Shown here: positions 11,455-24,600 of the stretch, in pieces | Position numbering within the stretch: the first letter of the stretch is position 1 | Layout of the letters: each line of letters begins with the position of its first letter | Origin: Phoronis australis | Lineage: Eukaryota; Animalia; Phoronida | Assembly (NCBI GenBank): GCA_002633005.1 | Contig: NMRA01000911.1 | Location: 1-36,167, forward strand | Length of the DNA: 36,167 nucleotides | Direction: 5' to 3' | Translations under genes and position numbers: made by a program | The notes under the pieces: model-generated | The model's input: only the letters and a program-made list of their open reading frames with translations | Told to the model about the DNA's origin: nothing | The model's database searches: none

Positions 11455-12614
11455 AGCTCACTTGCGAGTTTCTCGTTAGTCACTGTGACGTCACCGGAAA
11501 GGGGGCAAAACCCGCCATATTGCTCTTGTTTTGCCCCGAGTCTTTGCTACACAGTCTAAAACTTACTGGAGTTCTTTTGGTGAATTTTACGCTTAAAACG
11601 TTAGATGGTAGATGGGTCGTGGAATAACTGTGAATGGACGAAGAAAATGTGAACTTGTTATGTTGTGCGAAGCTGTGAACGGACTGAAATTGGAACTTAA
11701 CCCGCTCTAGGCCTGAATGGCGCAGGCCTACAGGGGCGATAGTGTATCCCCATAAAAAGATATTCACTTCAAAATACAGCAAATAAAATCAAATGAAACA
11801 TGCATATGTGCACATGAAGTTATAGTTAACACATACCCTGACTCTGGACACAATTTAGTCTACAAATAACTTGAGCATATTCATGAAAACCTCGCGGTTC
11901 TCTCGAGTTTCTCTCACTAAAGAGCCGCCATTTTGAGGAAGTTACGTGAAATCACGCCTGTTGACGAACAAAAAGTCCAAGGGACATAACCCTTACAAAT
12001 TTCACTTGATATTTTCTCATGCTATTTTGCAAGTGTCACGCGCCAGGTCACGCGCTAGATCTCGCACTTCGCTCAGTCTCGCGCTAGCCTTTGCCTCATA
12101 CTCACCTGACTCAGTTGAAATACTTGATTGTGGTTATCGCGCGCGCGGACTAAGTTAACAGTAACCACAAAGTGGAGTTGGAATTTTTCGCCAAAGTCAC
12201 CTGAATTCTCTTATATATGCTTCATCGAAGATATGTTTAGAAGCAGAAAGAGTCACTGAAGAAAGTAAGACCCTTTTAGGTGGTAATTTTAGGTGTAGAA
12301 TGTATTTTTGACGAGGTGAAAACTTTACCAGTGAGCGGATTTCGCCTACCGCCCGTTTAAAATACACGGAACGAAATTAGTACAGAACGCGATAGAACGT
12401 ATTGTAGTGCGAATCTGAAGTTCATTTGCCATAACAGCAATGCTTTTGGACATTTTTCGAACTAAACGGCTAAAAACTCGAAGACAATAACAGAATACAC
12501 TGTGCTACCGTATTGGGCAAATGACCAAACGACAAGCTTTTGCCCCACTTCCCGTGACGTCACAGTTATGTCTCACATAATCTCGCGTTATTGTTATAAA
12601 CTCGCAAAAGGCCT
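11455..12614. mobile_element. Non-autonomous TIR element with AT flanks (ISL2EU/Harbinger-related, tentative)
   Basis: AT|agctcacttgcgagttt ... aaactcgcaaaaggcct|AT, plus an inverted subterminal block actgtgacgtcac.ggaa..ggggcaaaa at about 11482-11510 and 12538-12566. Confidence 0.55.
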
Positions 12615-12743
12615 ATTCAACAATGTGACGATAGAAGCGTGATGTAAACGGTCCAGAAAAAGGTCAGCATCTTGCTGTGGGTTTCATTACCAAGGAGCAC
12701 ACGTAGCGACTGACGCTGAGTTCTGTAGCAAAAGTCACTATTT

Positions 12744-13051
12744 CAGAGATTTTCCCGTAGAAAAGCCCATGGGCGTGTACTCGAAAAATGAAAATTTTCA
12801 TGTTTTTTAATGACAGGCTCAGGAATGCATACTTCGCTAACACTTCGTCTTATAACTGGTAAATGCTCCAAAACGTTGACGCCGAAAGCCTTTTTGAGAA
12901 GGAATTGTCCGTATAAACGCCTCAAAACCGAAAACTTGATAATACAAGCTGTAGCACCTAATAAACGCCCATTCGTGATTATTCGGCGTAATTTTCCGAA
13001 TAAACGCCCACGGGCGTTTCATCGGATAGACTTATTTACGCAAAATCCCTG
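12744..13051. mobile_element. Small TIR element with internal taaacgccc/gggcgttt repeats
   Basis: Ends cagagattttcccgtagaaaag / cttatttacgcaaaatccctg are imperfectly inverted; taaacgcc occurs three times inside. Confidence 0.45.
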
Positions 13052-13694
13052 CACTCTCCGCCTGCAAACCCAGCTCACTGTTGTTTTGTAGGGGGGTTAA
13101 GACCGTCGTGGCAATAATCAGGAAGACATTGTCCGAACTGCTAATTCCAGTGCTTGGATATTTGTGGCATGAATACAACGGCGAGAGATTTAATTGTTTT
13201 CGGTGTTCAGCCAATAAGTACCCGTTCAGGAACTACATCGTACAAGAAACAGTGTGTTACCCAAAGAGATAAATATAGTAGAGTCTTGCTGATGAACCAT
13301 GTTAGTTGAGATGCGCGTGTACAGTGTAGTATCATAATCTAGGAACCAATATTGATAACAACACGTGATTTCAAGAAAAATCTCATAGCTTTAATTTTAG
13401 GATCATGAAGTGCAAACTAGAATTTTTAGAAAATCATCTAAGAAAATCAGCGGCACACTTGAGCACAGAATTAAAGGGTCGTAACACTTATCATTAGTTA
13501 CAGCAGAAAACATCAAAAATAAAGATTTCCAGTATAAAGATTAGACCCATAATCAATGATATAATGTTTTGGTATTTTTCGGTTTAAAAATTGAAACTGA
13601 AATAAAATGATTTTGTGGGCGAGAATCCGATTGCAGAAAACACTATTGTTCAACTTCACATGGTCCCTAAACACCCACTTAAGTCGATGTCTCA

Positions 13695-13951
13695 CATGCA
13701 CGCACCCAGACTAAAATATTGGGGGGATCGAATTTTTCGGTGTGCGGACTTTTTAATGAAAAATGAATCAACGAGGACTAACAAAAAAACAAACGGGGGC
13801 CACTAGGTTCAGGCCTACGAATTGTCCATCTGCGCTGAATTCCTGTGGACTTTGTGGACTTTTGTCTCGTTTACTCGGAATTTTTGATTCATTGAGGTGG
13901 ACCTTTTTGCCCAATTCACCAAATTGGGGGCTCCCCCCGGATGCGCCCATG
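13695..13951 (+). mobile_element. MITE family A copy 3
   Basis: catgcacgcacccag...ggatgcgcccatg; flanks tctca / tttca. Confidence 0.8.
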
Positions 13952-16064
13952 TTTCATGGTCTTTCCTGCTTAGTCCGATATGTTTTCAGGGGTTTAGCGA
14001 CCTTATTCTCTCGCAGATATCTGTTGTTTTCAAGCAACGAAGAAACACGACCGACTACAGGATTAATAGTTGTACATTTTTACACAATGGACACAAATTC
14101 AAAGATTTATGGATACAGCTAGATTATTAGGAATAGGGCAGGATCGAAGGAAGGGATACCCCATGAATGCTGCACCCCACAGTGTTGTATTGGGACGGTA
14201 GAGGGGTTGTTTCCGTAGATTTCAAAAGACGGGACAAATATTACATGTATGTTGCCCGGCATGCTATTAAATTCTGCAACTGTCTTACCTGAGGAAAACC
14301 ATCATTCTTATATTCTATCCTGTTTATGGTCTTGATACTTACATTATCTTTAAAGACTGCGTATGTAGGAAGGGCAGAGTTTAAGACCACTGAGTTTCGG
14401 CATAGTTATTTTGTGGCGGGGTGTTGTCAATATAAATGTACTAGTAACATACTTGTGTTCCAGTAAATGTCGGATTCAACTGGATTGAGGGATTAACTTA
14501 GAGTTGGTTGAAATTTGACTTTTGCTGAAGTGGAGTGCATGTACCAGAACATTTCCCTTTTATGTCACGGGGTGATTTTACTGCGTAATGGTGATTTTTG
14601 AAATAAATATAGGGGAGTACAAATTATCTAAAATTTGGAACAGTGTCATCACCTCGCCACCTAGTGTCCAGTAGCTTCCGAAGATGGCTGCTGTGAGTAG
14701 CCAAAACTGTCAAGGTACAGCGTTTTTTGCTTGGTTGTGTCAATAAGAATTAATCTATGTGTTTAATAATGATCCTTCAAGAAGTTTGGTTGATGGAGAC
14801 GGTGATGTCAAAAACGTACTCACCTACTACAGAATGGTGCAGAATACGTAAAATCCGAGTGGTCCGATAATCATCATCAGCCATTCTCTTCACAGTAGAT
14901 ATATAAACGCCAATATATATTCTTAAAGTGGTTTTGGTAAATAGAGGGGTGGACGCCAAAAAACAGACTAGAAAACAGTAAAATTGACCACTGGATATAG
15001 CAAAGTACGTCGAATGCATCCGAAAACGGGAACATATTACCACTAGGAGGCACACCATTCGCCGACTTCATATAAATACTCTGCTGAATTTAATATCAAG
15101 ATCCTGCGATGGGTTTAGAAGATACAATTACGGTCATATAAAAATTAATACCAGGAAGTGCCATAGTAGTCGAAGTGGTCGGAAAATCATTGTCAACCGT
15201 TCTCTTCTCACTGGCAAACGCCAATTTTCTCAATCATCTTTAGAATGGTGTGGTTGATAGAGGGAAGAACTTCAAAAAACTGATTTGAAAAAAGTAAAAA
15301 TGGCCACTGGGTGGCGCAATATACCTCGAATCTTTCCGAAATCGGAAGGATAGCGTCATCTGACTACGTGTCAAATTCCATGATACGGAGGCGACATAAA
15401 AAAAAAAAAACTGTCTCTAGGGGCAACACCGGTACTCGGACTCGCCGTCATCTGTCTTCAGCTTCATAGAACCGCATCTGCCAAATCCCATCACGATCGT
15501 GTAAGGGTTTAAGAGGGAACAGCTCAGTTGATGGACGACGGATGTGGGATACCCAGGCAAAGATGACGGTAATTTGCACTAACATATAAAATTGTGGGCA
15601 TATAAATTTTCTGCGTGACCCGTCAGAAAATTCTCTGAAATTTTACCAGTGGTTTCATATCCACCTCGAACGACTCCAATCACTGTAATACACTCATTGA
15701 CTTCTCCTTCTACAAATCCCCAAACACTCACCCCTTATAAAAATGTTAACAAACAAACAGTGCTAACAAACATAATGGAAAAAAGATACACCAGTCGGAG
15801 AAAAATGAAACGGGGGCATTACACCAGATGTGACGTTAGTATCACTCAATAAGTAACACATAAAACCCAAAAGAAAATTATCCTAAACACAATGGCCTGA
15901 AGAAATGACACGATCTAGAGGTAAAACGTAAAAGCTTGAAACGAGGACCACAAATAAATGTCAATCTCACCAACGCCATGAGCTGTATTATTAACACACA
16001 AGAATCACACGCAACCATGAGCCTCATCCTTGATATTAAAGACATTCCCCACATAAATGGCCCT

Positions 16065-17815
16065 TTTTAACCAATTGGCTAACTCAGTATTCTGCGTTGT
16101 GCAAAATTTTATCCTGTCTTGAATTATTACGGAACCAGTATTGTTATCTCTTACCGGATACAAGGCTGGAGTCAAGACCTCGATAATAATATCGGGTCCT
16201 TACACGGAGGAGATACTTTTTTACATTTCTCTTTCGCAATCGCCCAATCAAAGATGTACACGAGATCAACAGTATGAAACACGCGCTTGAAAATAGACAG
16301 GTGATAATCTCGTTTCATCAAAAATTGACTCGTTTGAAGGAATTCATGCGCTGTTGCATGAGCCTTGCTAACCGCACCTCGTAGCTTTTCGACATTGTCA
16401 CCAGATGACGTAATAAGCGGAAAAGGAAGATGTGCCGGCTGATTGATTTCTTGTCCCAACATCATCACGCTTTGAGAAAAGCCAGTGTGGCGGTTGACTG
16501 ATGAACGGATCGCCCAGCAATCTAAAAGCCTTTTCGTACTGACTTAATCCGGGACTGAGCGTAGCGTCGACGTAAACTGCGAAATTAACTAAACCGTTCA
16601 TACTGGCTTCGGACTTGAAAATAAACGGTTAGAAACTGTTGTCATCGGAGTAATTGAAAGGTAGCGCTGCACGCTAAGATTTATTTAATGTGACAGTCTG
16701 AGAACATATACATGTACATATGGTAACTGATATCTATTTTTAATTTGATTGGTGATTATAGGACCAAAATATATGCAATTATTAGCTACGGCACTAGCCT
16801 GTCATAACAGTGGCACATAGCGATAACTTCGATGGGACCAAAGTACTTTTAAATCCACCTGTTTGCTGCAAAGTTAACTGGCGCTGTTAGTTCGATCCAG
16901 CACCGAAGTTAAGCGTTCATATTGACCGCAACGTTCCAAACCATTTACGCGTCGACGTTAGTATGAAAAGCCTTTAAGGAACATAATCTACAACTTGTAA
17001 AGGTGAAAACTAAACTTCTGCAAATAGGTGACCTTTGAACTAATGACGTACCTTGGGGGCTCACCTAGCCCGCACCGGGCAGTTTTATTCCCCAACCCCA
17101 CCTCAAGATTATTTACTGGATACGGCCGAGTGATTCAAGGTGAATCATTTTCGACACAAAACTTTTTCTTAAAATATTCGGTAATTTTCAACCTACTTCA
17201 TATCCACATTATAGCTATATGTTGCATTGCTAACAAATTTGACCAAGCACAAAGATAAAGAATTAGCAAGCAAGCGCCACTTCAAGCCCTTCAAAAGCCA
17301 GTCGCTGCTTCTTCGCCACTCAAAGGAAGAGGAACCTAAAACTTGCTGAAAGGGCATCGAAATACGAGCAAAATACTATGGCAATTTGCGAAATCAAGAA
17401 AACTTTGGCACTGTTTTAGTTCGCGGAACAGGCCAGTTCTTTACCTTGGCAATATTTTCTTTACCCATTTCTCAGGCCAACCCATCGGTCTAAGCAGTCC
17501 ACACCTGTTTGAAACAACAAACATTTTGTGGGTTTCAACCATATTTGATACTTCCAAAAACGATAGGAAAGATACCGCAGGTTGTTTAAATGAACATCAA
17601 AATTCGATCCCATTACCAAAATGTCGTCGAGGAAATCAGGAACAATATTCCAGTTTATCGCCCTCAGAACTAAGCTCACGACTGGCAAAAATATTGACGG
17701 AGCACCACAGAGCCCAATAGGTATTGATTCATTTCGAAAAGACCATATTTAGTGATGGAAGCCATTTTTACGGTCTTCTTGGCGAGTTTTGATTTGCCAG
17801 TATGCCGAATTAGCG
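16065..17815 (-). mobile_element. Decayed Ty3/Gypsy LTR-retrotransposon pol (RT to integrase), internally deleted
   Basis: Minus strand: ANSAYWQIK..EDRK, ITKYGLFE, PIGLCGAPSIF, LVLRAINWNIVPDFLDDILVMG...LKPTKC (RT); AIRSSVNRHTGFSQSVMMLGQEI...AH...MKRDY...DLVY...KKVSPP...QDRIKFC (integrase C-terminus). Confidence 0.9.
16526..16974. mobile_element. PIF/Harbinger-type MITE inserted in the Gypsy integrase
   Basis: Imperfect TIRs aagccttttcgtac / gtatgaaaagcctt flanked by TAA on both sides (16523-16525, 16975-16977); related copy at 24917-25402. Confidence 0.75.
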
Positions 17816-18544
17816 CAACAGCACATAAATAATATAAGGAAAAACAAGAATATAATATAGATTCTTGGTAGCATTAAGGTAACGCATTTTTAATGTTCAT
17901 AAGAATGCCACAGAATCTTCCTATATTCATCAACACATTCTTTATATTTGGAGACCATAGCAGGTTAACATGGATAGTTGTACATGTCGGTAGTAAATTC
18001 TTTCAATCCCCAAGTGATTTAACTTTATATGAAGGTCATTTGGCAGTACATTTAGGAGGTTTATAAAAGTCATGTACTTTGGCTTACTTGTCCACGTATG
18101 TACACCAGTCCATTTACATGTAAGCAGGTTTGTGTTTTCTCAAGCTCAATAAAACTAGCAAATGATTCATGATAGACAATGAGCTACATTGTATGAACGT
18201 AGTCGTAGTACACACATTAACCACACGGCTGTTCCATCCAGTACCATTAAATTCATTTTATATTTATTAGTAATGAATAGAATATTTATCTCGATTAACA
18301 TGCTGCTCTGCCACGGGAACTACTGTTAATATTTATTTGAATAAAATACAACAGGATCGATTTGATGCCGTGTTATCACAGACCACCGTTCGGTGACACG
18401 AACTCCCAAACCTGCGTGAAATGTGGCCCTACCCAAAACGTTGCCCAACTCTGATTCAGGGAATTCTGTAGTACTCATCTACATGTCTACATGTTTGTGT
18501 GTGTGTGAGGCTTTTGTCGACAGTATTTGTTGTTTGTGATTTAG

Positions 18545-18640
18545 GGAAAAACGATGCTTCACCTAGCAGCCGAGCACGGTTCGTTTAAAGTCTGCAAACT
18601 ACTGACATGGAACGGGGCCGATGTCCACGCTAAAGGTAAC
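18545..18640 (+). CDS. Ankyrin-repeat exon of the KAP NTPase gene
   Basis: ttag|GGA...AAC|gtgagt; 96 nt translating GKTMLHLAAEHGSFKVCKLLTWNGADVHAKGN, a canonical ankyrin consensus (G.T.LHLAA..G....V.LL...GADV). Confidence 0.9.
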
Positions 18641-21600
18641 GTGAGTATCATGTGGAGAGTGTTCCCTTGTTGATCCTTTACAAACGTTGTACTGCATTGG
18701 GCTGAGGAAATCAGCCCATGAAGACGCAGAACACACGCCTAAATTGCCATACATTACTGAATGGTATTCTTCAAAAGGTCACTGACATGCAGATGAACAA
18801 GTTGTGACAGCATGGGCACACCCAGCCTAAAGATGAGGGGCTCGAATTTTTGAGAATGTAGAACTTTTCCTAAAAAACAAGGTACGTTGAGAGATATGAA
18901 TTGTACGCCTGTCTTTTTAATTGACTGTAGACTTGCTGTCCACTTTTTTGGACTTCTTGTCGCACATAGACAAGACGTGAGGTAATTTCGAACATTTGCT
19001 CGTACCCGAAGTACACATAATCAATAGTTTGAAGGGTCCGTGAAGCGCATCGTTTCGGTGGCGGATTATAATCTAACCGAAAACAACCATTTCTCAAATT
19101 CGTTCCTTTTTTTCATGTTGTTTATTAACCCGCTTTCCATTGAAGAAACAAAATTTTGATTGCGACCACACACAGGAATCGCACAGGCCTTGCCCTGAAC
19201 GATAGTGATGAAAATGCATATTTGCTGGCATCGTAACTTTTCAGTATCTACTATCATGCTACAAGTATTGGTAACCAAGGCTCGCAATTGATAAGGTCAA
19301 AGAAAATTATTTCCTTTTATGTTGCAAATGGAGCTGTTGATAGGTTTATTTAAATTATTGCCATGACAGCTATATTTGGATTTTAAAAATAGTACTACTG
19401 GTTTTGATATATCACCTTTGGTTTTAGTTATTATTTTTGTAAATCAATTGCATGGTTTGACAAAAATTATTTCTGTTGAAGAAAACGAGGATCGGATTCG
19501 ATGGGAAATTGCACAACTTTGATGTTGTGTGAGTAGTTACGTACATGATAACCAGAATCGTTATGCGGAATTACTCGAATATGGCATCGAGTAAATTTTC
19601 TGAGAACGAGGAAATGGATTTGGACATGTCAAACAATAAAGACACGTCGCAGATTTCGGAAACAAACATACGCGGACCTAGGGGGCTTCGGGGGGCGAAG
19701 TGGGCAAAATGGTCTGCCTCAAAGAAACAAAAAGTCCAAGAAAACGAGACAAAAGTCCACAGGAATTTGGCGCAAATGCACGATTCATAGGCCTGAACGT
19801 ATTCCCCGTTTTTATTCCCCTTTTTTTTCCAGTAGAAGTTCCACATACTGGAAAATTTGAGTCCCCCTATATTTTAGGCTGGGTGCGCGTATGACAAGCC
19901 ATCTGAGTCTATTTAGTAAAGGTGATTCTGCGTCCATTGATAAATCATCGATCAATGTTAACCATTCTAACACCTTTTGAGGATCTAAATTCAGGAACTA
20001 GCGGCACTTTGACAGCTCTCTGTCAAACTTTGAACTCCGCTGATCGCATAAGACGGACTTGGCAAGTGTTTCGTTCCCGCACTAAACTAACATCACTTCT
20101 GCCGTCACATAAACCTCGTTGCAAGATGGAGAGGGGTGGAATATCCAGCTGATTAGTATGCTTAACGTTCCCCAGCAGCCGTTGGTTGTCGAGAAAATAA
20201 ACGGTTGACCTACCTCCAGTGTTATGTCCCCTTACAAATAAACTCGATCGTATCCGAAAAGAAGATTAAGCTAGACTTAGACTTGGAACAATTCATGATT
20301 TCTGCCTTGGGTTATCTTTTGGCTTGCAAATGATGTTCATTGTGGCAACCCAAAGGAAACATTACGATATTAGCGACATATCGAGGCCCATTTCTTTAGG
20401 ATAAGTTACACGTTTGTAGATTTGATTTAACTTTTCAGATATGTAATCAGCAAACGTTGCAGTTTTGGGTACTTTGGGGGCTGTAAGTCATTTGAATTGT
20501 ATCCTTAACGTATTGTAACAGGACGGAAGAACACCCGAGGACGTTGCTCGACAAAAGGGTCACCACTCCATTGTTAACCACCTGAAGACGTTTTCTACCA
20601 GAGTGGTACGTAACCAGAAATGTTTGAGAAATTAAGCATGGATAGGCTTGCTTCATCAATGTCAGAGAAAACCTAGCCAAAAGTTACGGCTGGTGGTAAA
20701 TCCAAAGAGTGTAGTACAACAGTAAACTCCTTGTAAGTCTACGATTAGACCCAGTATGAACTTAGGGCACATTTTAAGGTAATCAGTCCCTGAACATTTA
20801 AGTGCTGGGTTTTGACATGCCAGCGTGAAGTTTCTCATGGACTTGTCACCCGTTAGCCAACAATACGCCGATGTAAGAGATGAACAAACTTCAATCACAC
20901 AAACCTCTCATTTAATGTCTTTGGAAAAACGTGAGTGTTCTTGATGGAGTAATTGTTGTCCTAATATAGAATTGGTTCAAAGGACTTTTAAAGATTTTAC
21001 GGAAAAATTAGCAAGTGGTGTCTTTGACCCTAGACCTCAAATGAGGAGACACCTCAGAAGTGCAAAGGCGTGGACTGAATTAATTATCATGCGTTTTGCT
21101 AGGATATTCTAAAATGTAATCTCACTTTTTATTTAACACTAATGAAGATGTTTACGTGTACGCAAGGAACAATTTCTTTTCCCGCAGGATGCTGACGTCT
21201 CCCAAACCGTCTCGGGCGAAAGTCCGGATGAACCAACCGACTCTCTTGGATACCGTGACTACGCTGATGCGTTAGCAAAGGTTTTATTCGAGTCCCGTCT
21301 ACCCAATGGAACAACAATTGGTCTTCTTGGCAGTTGGGGAGCTGGAAAATCGTTCTTGATCAAAATGTTGAAGAAGCGAATAAAGAAGAAAAATTTTGGT
21401 AACAATTTAAAATATTGTTCAAACAATTCCAGACCCATATCAACGAAACCGCTTTTGGTCACACTGAGACACAGTCAACCCTTACAAAAATGAACTTAAG
21501 TTTTTCGCTGAAAACTTAAGTTTTTAAAAGAAACTTAAGTTTTTAAAACTTAAGTTTTTCAGCACAATATTAAGTTTTTCAGAAAACTTAAGTTTTTTCA

Positions 21601-24600
21601 GGTGTAAAACTTAAGTTTTCACAAATAAACTTAAGTTTCAAGTAACAACTTAAGTTTTCATGAAAGCTTAAGTTTTTTGTACTAACAAAACTTAAGTTTT
21701 TCTGATAACTTAAGTTTATCACAAAACTTAAGTTTTTGTAATTTTAAAAACTTAAGTTTTGCTGACTTCTTAAGTTTTTCAGAAAATTGGATTTTTTTCA
21801 TGTGTGGAAAACTTGAATTTTCTAAAAATTCTATGTGATGAAAATTTACGTTTTCAAGTTTTTAAAATTTGAATATAATGAGATATTTAATTTTTGGTTC
21901 GAAAATTTCCCCATTATTTTCCAACAAAAAACTATTGTTTGCTCATGCAAAACCCATCATCTCATAAAAATGTTGCCCGAATGTTTCCTTAACATTTATA
22001 TAGATACAAACCATAAAACGACGAACGTTTAACCTGGGCCCGGTCTCTAATCTTTGTACTCGAAACGAACTCGAAACTATTTTTGGCAATTTCTCTGCTC
22101 CTTTTGTGCTAACTTAAGATAATTGGTTATCAGATTGTGCTCGAATACATCATAGTTTATGCATAAGAGTTTCTAGTTCAAGTTTGCCCTTGAAGACCCT
22201 TATATTCGTGCTACAAACTTGAGTAAAAACTCGAAATTTCGAGTTCAAACTCGAACTTATTACTTTAATATTGGGTTTACAAACTGTGAACTAAGGGCAA
22301 TAAATTATCTACGTAAGTTATTGTGTACTCGAGCATAGAATAATAGACACTTATCTTGAGTTCTCCCAAAAGTTGAGTAGAAAATGCCAAACCTAATTNC
22401 CATTTCTTTTACATGTTTTACAATTAAGGCTTCCTGGTGTACATTGACGATTCGAGACACACTCATTGTGACGCATTCAGGCTCTATCCTCGCACTTACT
22501 CTATCTCTCAGCGTACATTGTATTGTGCAGCTGCTGAGTTGACGGACATGCCATCCTCACGTACTTTTTTGTATGCCTTAAGAAGACTGCCTACATCATA
22601 CTGTCGCGGCTTTCTGTGTTGCTTTTTTACAGGCTTCTGTAATAAATAAATGTTTTTGTGAACTGTTTCATTCTTATGTGCTCCTGTTTGCTTACATTTT
22701 TTTGTGTTTCTGCATCAAGAGGTAAAAAATACATAGTAAAAATGCATTACAGAATTTGTGTAAAAGTGTACATAATTATTATGTTTCGGATAGCTCAAAT
22801 ATGTAGAGTGACGTCAGCGCACTTTAAACAACACTAAGGACCCAGCATAAAGTATCTGTAAGTGCTGAGTTCCCCTGGCCTTACAAATTGTGGTGGACCC
22901 TGGGACATTTTGATATTGTTTGAGCAACCCCTAGATTGCATTTTATATCAAATCTGAACGATAGTTGGTTTCGCAATTATGTTTTGAAAATGTGCAAAAA
23001 ACTGCATTAGTAAAATATGCTGTTTTGAGTATAACTTTTGAAAACAAACTATCAACTCACTGTTTTGTTTCACATTATGAACTGTTCAGAACAGCTACAT
23101 GTCCCAATACTGTTTTGACAATCGTAAGCAGACGAATGCTGGAAATTGGAACGCTAGATGTCGCGGTACCTCGCAGAAGCGGAAACGAGATGATTCACGA
23201 CTTTAGGGCATTGCTGACTTTAGGGCCTCAGATGGTATGTCACAGAAATTTGCGATATTTAGACTTAAAAATTTTAGATTCAATGCAAGTTCGACTTGTT
23301 TCATTAAAATCAAATCATTCATTGTTGTTAAGAAAGTTAATCTGGGTGAAATTTGACTTAGGTGTTAGTTGAGTTGAATATGGACTGACTGGAATGACCT
23401 CCTCATGTCAGGAAGGGCATGTTCCTTTTCCCTCAAGAAACTTGCTTGGAACCTTAATAGTGAAGTGATTGGTCAGAGTACTGGAGATAGTAATTTTTAT
23501 TTTTACTGTTAATTATTATAATTTACAGTAAAAATAAATTGTTATATCCTGTACGGTAAAAATTATGGTTACATAAGATTCCTCATGAAGACCATGCCAA
23601 TATCTTTACATGGATCTCTTTCCCTGCAAATGGGTTATGTCTGGATTCTTAAGAATCTATCACATACTGTTATGATTGCTAATATCTCATTGTTTTCAGG
23701 TCTCTATTAACTTGGCGGAGTACTTGAATGGAAGAACTAGACATCCAAACATTTGCATCGAAACAATCACCCAGGGGTGGTATTGGGCTGTTTACATCCA
23801 CATGGCAGGTAGAGCTTCATATGTTTCATTGTTGAGTTAAAAATAGTGCTGCTATCAGGGTTTGAATTTGAAACAATATGAAATATGTCCTTGGTTTAGC
23901 CAATGGGCTTATAATCTTTAACAATCTCACTGATTCTTGTAGCCATTTGGTCAAGTCAATGTAAAGCTTCTTGGTTTTGCTATAAGTGTCAAAAAGTACA
24001 CGCGGAAGTATACATGTGAGATTAAACTTTCAGTTCTAATCCTGGTTGTGCCGGCTAAATGTCCATGAAACATTAGTAAGAAGTTCTATGCTGGCTGGAG
24101 ACAGCTAGTTAGAATACAACTAGCTCTGCTCATTATGTAGAGTTGTGCATTTTCTTATCAGATTAACGAATTAAACAATGAAAAGTTCATAAAAACAATG
24201 GGAATTGTAGTTTATTGCAGTTGCCATTTGATAAAAATATTAATTAATTTGTCATAGAATTTGAACTAAAAAGTTACAGAACACGATACCTGGTTAGCCT
24301 GAAGTCCAACTTTTATTAACACATTAAGTTTTGTCATATGCACGGTTTGTTCTCGATAGTGATACCATGATAGGTGACCATGGGCATGTTTTGTACTCAA
24401 GTTGTATAGAATAAAATTGTTTTGAATGTCGCGAATCCAGGATTAAAACTTCATTCAAAACATTATGTGGAAAACTGACCCACTGCAGTGCATGCTTGAA
24501 GTAAACTTGCAGACTAGTCTTGCACTTGAATCCTGGAGAGTGATTGGTTAAACTTTGAGTTTGTAGACTATTTTCTAGGCTCTGTATATCAGCCAGGAAG

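Noticed and set aside
14805-14850. HLLQNGAE ankyrin-like peptide (also LDVV/KLLLKG near 11053) as upstream KAP exons
   Set aside because: In-frame stops or required frameshifts and no matching splice sites; probably chance.
15500-16060. 3' LTR of the Gypsy relic
   Set aside because: A TGT start is present at 15500, but there is no second LTR copy or clear polypurine tract to define boundaries.
20439-20482. Extra exon with AG/GTAAGT sites just before the second ankyrin exon
   Set aside because: Its 44 nt would shift the frame and leave a 39-nt intron; the flanking ankyrin exons join cleanly without it.
21490-21790. Regularly spaced palindromic repeats resembling a CRISPR array
   Set aside because: Repeats are only about 12 bp with short irregular spacers, no cas genes are present, and a mirrored array at 26265-26510 shows they are transposon subterminal repeats in eukaryotic DNA.
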